A DNA stretch of 28,183 nt from Promethearchaeota archaeon. Its GTDB lineage: Archaea; Asgardarchaeota; Lokiarchaeia; Sigyniarchaeales; SOKP01. Where the stretch lies: NCBI GenBank assembly GCA_004524535.1, contig SDNY01000042.1, positions 1 to 28,183 of the forward strand. The letters run 5' to 3'. The first letter of the stretch is position 1. The number at the start of each line of letters is the position of its first letter. Positions 24,561 to 28,183 of the stretch are shown here, in pieces. The notes below the pieces were generated by a model that saw only the letters and a list, made by a program, of their open reading frames with translations, did not search any database and was not told where the DNA came from. Made by a program: the position numbers and the translations under genes.

Positions 24561-25565
24561 TTAATATCTCTCCTTAAATTTTTCATAGAGAGATTCCGCT
24601 AATTGCAATATTTCTTTATAATTTTTTATCAATTTTATCAAATCCTCAGGAATCTTATTTAAACCATAATATGCACCAATTAAACTACCACCGATTGCTC
24701 CAATCGTGTCGCTATCTCCACCAGCAGTAGATAACTCAAAGATACATTCTTTAAATGATGAATTCATTTTTTTTAGAAATATAAAAATTGCACAGGCAAC
24801 GGTACTTAACGTGTAAGGATGTACAAATGCTTGGCCTAAAAATTGTTCAATAAAATAGGGTGATTTCACTCCTACCTGAGAAAACTTAATTAGACCAGCT
24901 TCTACTGATAAATCAAGATTGCGCCTTAGTTTTTTTAAAATCTCAATAAATTCCTCCCAAATCTCCATATCAGAACCAGAAATGAAGGATATTAATACAT
25001 TAAAAAAATCTTCAATTGAAAAATGCATTTCTGATCCTCTTTCTATTAGATAAGCAATTGCTCTGGCGATTACAACAGCACCAGCAGATGCAGCTGGATG
25101 GGAATGTGTAATAATACTTGAACGTATCGCATTTATTTTTAAATCTTCTAGATCTTTACAATAAAATAATCCTATTGGAGCTACACGCATAGCTGTTCCA
25201 TTTCCTCCCGAATTTGAAGCCGCTTTTTCCCAAGGAATGCCATATTTTATTTTTTGAATTGATGAAAGACATCCGTAACCAGGTCCGATTGGGGGATCAT
25301 CTAACCATTTAACATATTCTCGGATGAAATTATTAAAATTAAATCCACCTCCTTGAATTAGCGCTTCGGCTGTATGTATTGTGAGTTGTGTGTCGTCAGT
25401 ATATGTATTGAAGAGCCTTTTATTATTTTGAATAAACTCCTCAAATTTATCAAAACGAGAATAGATATCTGATCTTAATCTTCCTTCAAAAGGATGCCCT
25501 AGAGTATCACCGATAGCTACGGAGATGAGAGTACCTTGAAATTTGTCTAAATAATCAGCTTTCAT
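24561..25565 (-). CDS. ADP-ribosylglycohydrolase (DraG/ARH family)
   Basis: AIGDTLG, YTDDTQ, GNGTAMRVAP, ITHSH and GGDSDTIGAIGG are all intact. Confidence 0.95.
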   Translation of the reverse strand: MKADYLDKFQGTLISVAIGDTLGHPFEGRLRSDIYSRFDKFEEFIQNNKRLFNTYTDDTQLTIHTAEALIQGGGFNFNNFIREYVKWLDDPPIGPGYGCLSSIQKIKYGIPWEKAASNSGGNGTAMRVAPIGLFYCKDLEDLKINAIRSSIITHSHPAASAGAVVIARAIAYLIERGSEMHFSIEDFFNVLISFISGSDMEIWEEFIEILKKLRRNLDLSVEAGLIKFSQVGVKSPYFIEQFLGQAFVHPYTLSTVACAIFIFLKKMNSSFKECIFELSTAGGDSDTIGAIGGSLIGAYYGLNKIPEDLIKLIKNYKEILQLAESLYEKFKERY

Positions 25566-25667
25566 TTTAAAGATTTAAGAATTATAGACTTAGTAAATTA
25601 AGTGTTTTAAATTGATTTATTTTTTTTGAAATGTACTTTTTAAGTTAAATTCACTAAAATTTGTAAT

Positions 25668-26024
25668 TTATAATACATTTTTAATTATTTTTAGGAATTT
25701 TTCCATTGAAAATGGTTTTTCAATGAATTCAATGGCTCCAATTGATAGTGCTAGGTTTTTTACACTATTATCAGCACTTACAAAAATAATTTTTGAGTGA
25801 TTGCTAATTTTTAGGATTTCCTTTGTCGCTTCAATCCCGTTTTTGATAGGCATTCTATGATCCATTATTATTATTTCTGGTTTTACAGAAAATGATTCAT
25901 ACAGCTTTACCCCCTCTTCCCCATTATTTGCAAGTCCCACAACTTGATGTCCTGAGGTGCTTAAAATCATATCATATAATTTCTGTAGAGAAATATCATC
26001 TTCAATAATGAAAATGGTTGCCAT
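25668..26024 (-). CDS. Single-domain response regulator (receiver)
   Basis: IIEDD, phosphoacceptor IMDHRMP..NG, FVSAD and FIEKPF. Confidence 0.95.
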   Translation of the reverse strand: MATIFIIEDDISLQKLYDMILSTSGHQVVGLANNGEEGVKLYESFSVKPEIIIMDHRMPIKNGIEATKEILKISNHSKIIFVSADNSVKNLALSIGAIEFIEKPFSMEKFLKIIKNVL

Positions 26025-26025
26025 T

Positions 26026-27927
26026 TCATTTTTCCTCTGGTAATAAAATAATAAAATTGCTTCCTTGAGTATAATCCCCTTCTATACGATCTTCAACTTT
26101 TATTTCACCATTAAAACTTTCAATCACTTTTTTTGTGAACAATAATCCTAATCCTATACCTGAGGGGAGTTTATAGTTTAGATATTCTTTATATTCTCTT
26201 TGGAATATTTCACCTTTCATGGAGTCTGAAATCCCAACACCATTATCAATAAATTCTATTTTTATTATTTTTTTATCATCTTTTACGTCTTTTGATAAAT
26301 TAATATCGATCTTGATAATTTCATTGTTATTATGTTTCACAGCGTTAAATAAAAGATTTTCAAAAGCGTTTTGTAATAACTCATTTGCTATAACAAAATA
26401 CTCGTTTTGTATTGATTCAGTCTTAATATTTATTTTTTTATTTGGAAAACTCTTTCTTACAAAATTTATTGCCTTTTTTAAAACTTCGTTAACTTCAATT
26501 GAAAATAGAGATGGTTCATAATTTTCGATTGCTGATAGGTTCTGAACATTTGATACTAACATAGTACCTCTTAAAATTTGTTGTACTATTAAATTTTCAA
26601 TTTCCTCAAGTTCGAATTGCTTTTCAGGATCTTTTCTATATAAATTGTAGAGTTCGATTGAAGATAAGATATTTTGGAATATGTTATTTATATCATGGGT
26701 AAATAAATCTTTATAAAGATTACTACTATTATACGCTTCTCGATACATTTTTTCTGATTTTTTTAATTTATCTTCAATATGCTTCTTTTCCGTTATTTCA
26801 GAGGTAACCTCTACGCCGCCTATTAAATTTCCTTTTTCATCAATAATAGGATATCCTTTAATAAACCAAACTCTCCCATCAATAGTTGTGATTTCATTGA
26901 CCTCTGGTTTTTTCGTTTTAAATGAACGTTCAACTGGACAGTTTTCACAAACCTCATTACTACCTTGCCATATTTCATGACACTTTCTTCCTATTAACTG
27001 TTCTGCCTTTTGATTAACAGAATCACAGGCAGCTTTATTAGGATATATTACTGTATGATCTAAACTCTGAAAAACTATATGTTCCAAGATATTTTCTAAG
27101 ATAATAGATTTTTCCTGTTTTTCTTTCTTAAGGATCTCTTCAATGTTTTTTCTGTCAGTGATGTCTTCATGTGTAAAAATGGCTCCGATAACATCCTCAT
27201 TTTTAAAGAGGGGAACGGCCCTTATATTGAAATAACCATCCGATCCAGTAGTTAAACTAGGAAAATATTGATCTTTTAGATTTAAAGGTTCTCCTTCAAG
27301 CACTTTTTTATATTTTTCAGAGAGTCCTGCGTTCATAATAGTAGGATGTGTAAAAATATTTTTTCCGATGAATTCTTCTTTGCGTGTTTTACCCATAGCG
27401 AGGTGTTTGAGGTGATAAGGATTTATATCAATGATTATCCCCTCTTTATCGACTAAAATGAGGGATGTAGGGACTGTGTCAAAAATGTTCCTATAACGCT
27501 CCTGACTCTCTCGCAATTCTTCTTCAGATCTTTTTAGTTCTTGTTGAGCTTTCTTGCGCTGGGTTATATCTTCCGTGTGTATTATTACTAAATCAGGGGA
27601 TACAAAGTTATATTTCACAGATAAATATTTTTTCTCTCCCGTCGACACAAATTTATATTCCATCTCTCTGTAAATATCGACCTGTTTATTAACACAATTA
27701 TATAATTCTTTCAAAATTTCTGGTTGATCCTTATATAATTCTGTGGCTTTTATTCCAATATATTCCTCTATTCGTCCTTTAGTAACTTTTTCAGCAGCAA
27801 TATTATAATCAATTAATATTAGATCTTCATCACTTTTCTGCCATGTATAAATTGGTATAGAAATTGATTTAAGCACTATCTTACATCTTTCTTCATTTAA
27901 TTCTAAATTATTATCCTTTTCGGTCAA
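26026..27927 (-). CDS. Cytoplasmic PAS-domain sensor histidine kinase
   Basis: Three PAS/PAC modules (ending DITQRK, DITDRK, EITEKK); H-box THDINN, N-box NLLFNAVKH, G1 DNGVG, G2 GIGLGL; no transmembrane segments; TTG start. Confidence 0.93.
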   Translation of the reverse strand: MTEKDNNLELNEERCKIVLKSISIPIYTWQKSDEDLILIDYNIAAEKVTKGRIEEYIGIKATELYKDQPEILKELYNCVNKQVDIYREMEYKFVSTGEKKYLSVKYNFVSPDLVIIHTEDITQRKKAQQELKRSEEELRESQERYRNIFDTVPTSLILVDKEGIIIDINPYHLKHLAMGKTRKEEFIGKNIFTHPTIMNAGLSEKYKKVLEGEPLNLKDQYFPSLTTGSDGYFNIRAVPLFKNEDVIGAIFTHEDITDRKNIEEILKKEKQEKSIILENILEHIVFQSLDHTVIYPNKAACDSVNQKAEQLIGRKCHEIWQGSNEVCENCPVERSFKTKKPEVNEITTIDGRVWFIKGYPIIDEKGNLIGGVEVTSEITEKKHIEDKLKKSEKMYREAYNSSNLYKDLFTHDINNIFQNILSSIELYNLYRKDPEKQFELEEIENLIVQQILRGTMLVSNVQNLSAIENYEPSLFSIEVNEVLKKAINFVRKSFPNKKINIKTESIQNEYFVIANELLQNAFENLLFNAVKHNNNEIIKIDINLSKDVKDDKKIIKIEFIDNGVGISDSMKGEIFQREYKEYLNYKLPSGIGLGLLFTKKVIESFNGEIKVEDRIEGDYTQGSNFIILLPEEK

Positions 27928-28107
27928 AATATCGAATTTTTGTTATTTGTTTTAAAAAACTAAAATAAATTGTTAATTTCAAATTAATATTTGAAAATTC
28001 AATATTTATGTTTTTTTATTATCATCTAGTAATTTCTTAAAAAATAAGAGGGGAAAAAATAAATTATATCAAATCTTTATATCTTTATTCTTTTGAGATG
28101 ATGGAAT

Positions 28108-28183
28108 ATGAATCAATTAGGACCCAAAAAGGATAAATACGATAAGATTTTATTAATGTATTCAGGAGGATTAGAATATATAC
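28108..28183 (+). CDS. 5' fragment of a probable PP-loop ATP pyrophosphatase (argininosuccinate synthase-like), truncated by the window edge
   Basis: ATG at 28108 gives MNQLGPKKDKYDKILLMYSGGLEYI, resembling K(I/V)xLxYSGGLD. SD-like GAGATGA upstream. Only 25 codons are visible. Confidence 0.5.
   Translation, partial: MNQLGPKKDKYDKILLMYSGGLEYI

Noticed and set aside
19482-26521. Opposite-strand ORFs at 19482, 21275, 21752, 23107 and 26219
   Set aside because: They are antisense shadows of supported genes.
1-28183. CRISPR arrays, IS elements, integrases and rRNA
   Set aside because: I saw no regularly spaced repeats, terminal inverted repeats with a transposase, or rRNA-like GC-rich tracts by eye.

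Overview
This is an AT-rich archaeal window, most likely from an Asgard archaeon (Lokiarchaeia-like). That assignment is inferred from a BHB-intron tRNA, the archaeal hsp20-cdc48 cluster, an archaemetzincin, a MesC-like methionine synthase and a longin-like protein. The left 12 kb is a minus-strand catabolic cluster. In transcription order it holds a TrmB regulator, glycyl radical enzyme (GRE) 1, an FAD-linked oxidoreductase, a CCG/Fe-S partner, an acetoacetate-decarboxylase-fold protein, GRE 2, a UroD/MtaA-superfamily protein with an extra N-terminal domain, and a corrinoid protein cut by the window edge. I know no characterised pathway with this combination, so it is the best candidate for a new system. 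Two Fe-S genes have essential Cys motifs upstream of any in-frame ATG/GTG/TTG and share the context TAAAAATWACT, which points to ATT/ATA initiation or +1 slippage. The rest is mostly housekeeping: a crotonase, core Met synthase, hsp20-cdc48-ArsR-HExxH protease, a FwdF-like polyferredoxin, a PhlG-like protein, tRNA-Pro(TGG) with an intron, an ADP-ribosylglycohydrolase and a PAS kinase/receiver pair. I saw no CRISPR array, rRNA or mobile element. Family calls come from motif recognition by eye; no searches were run.
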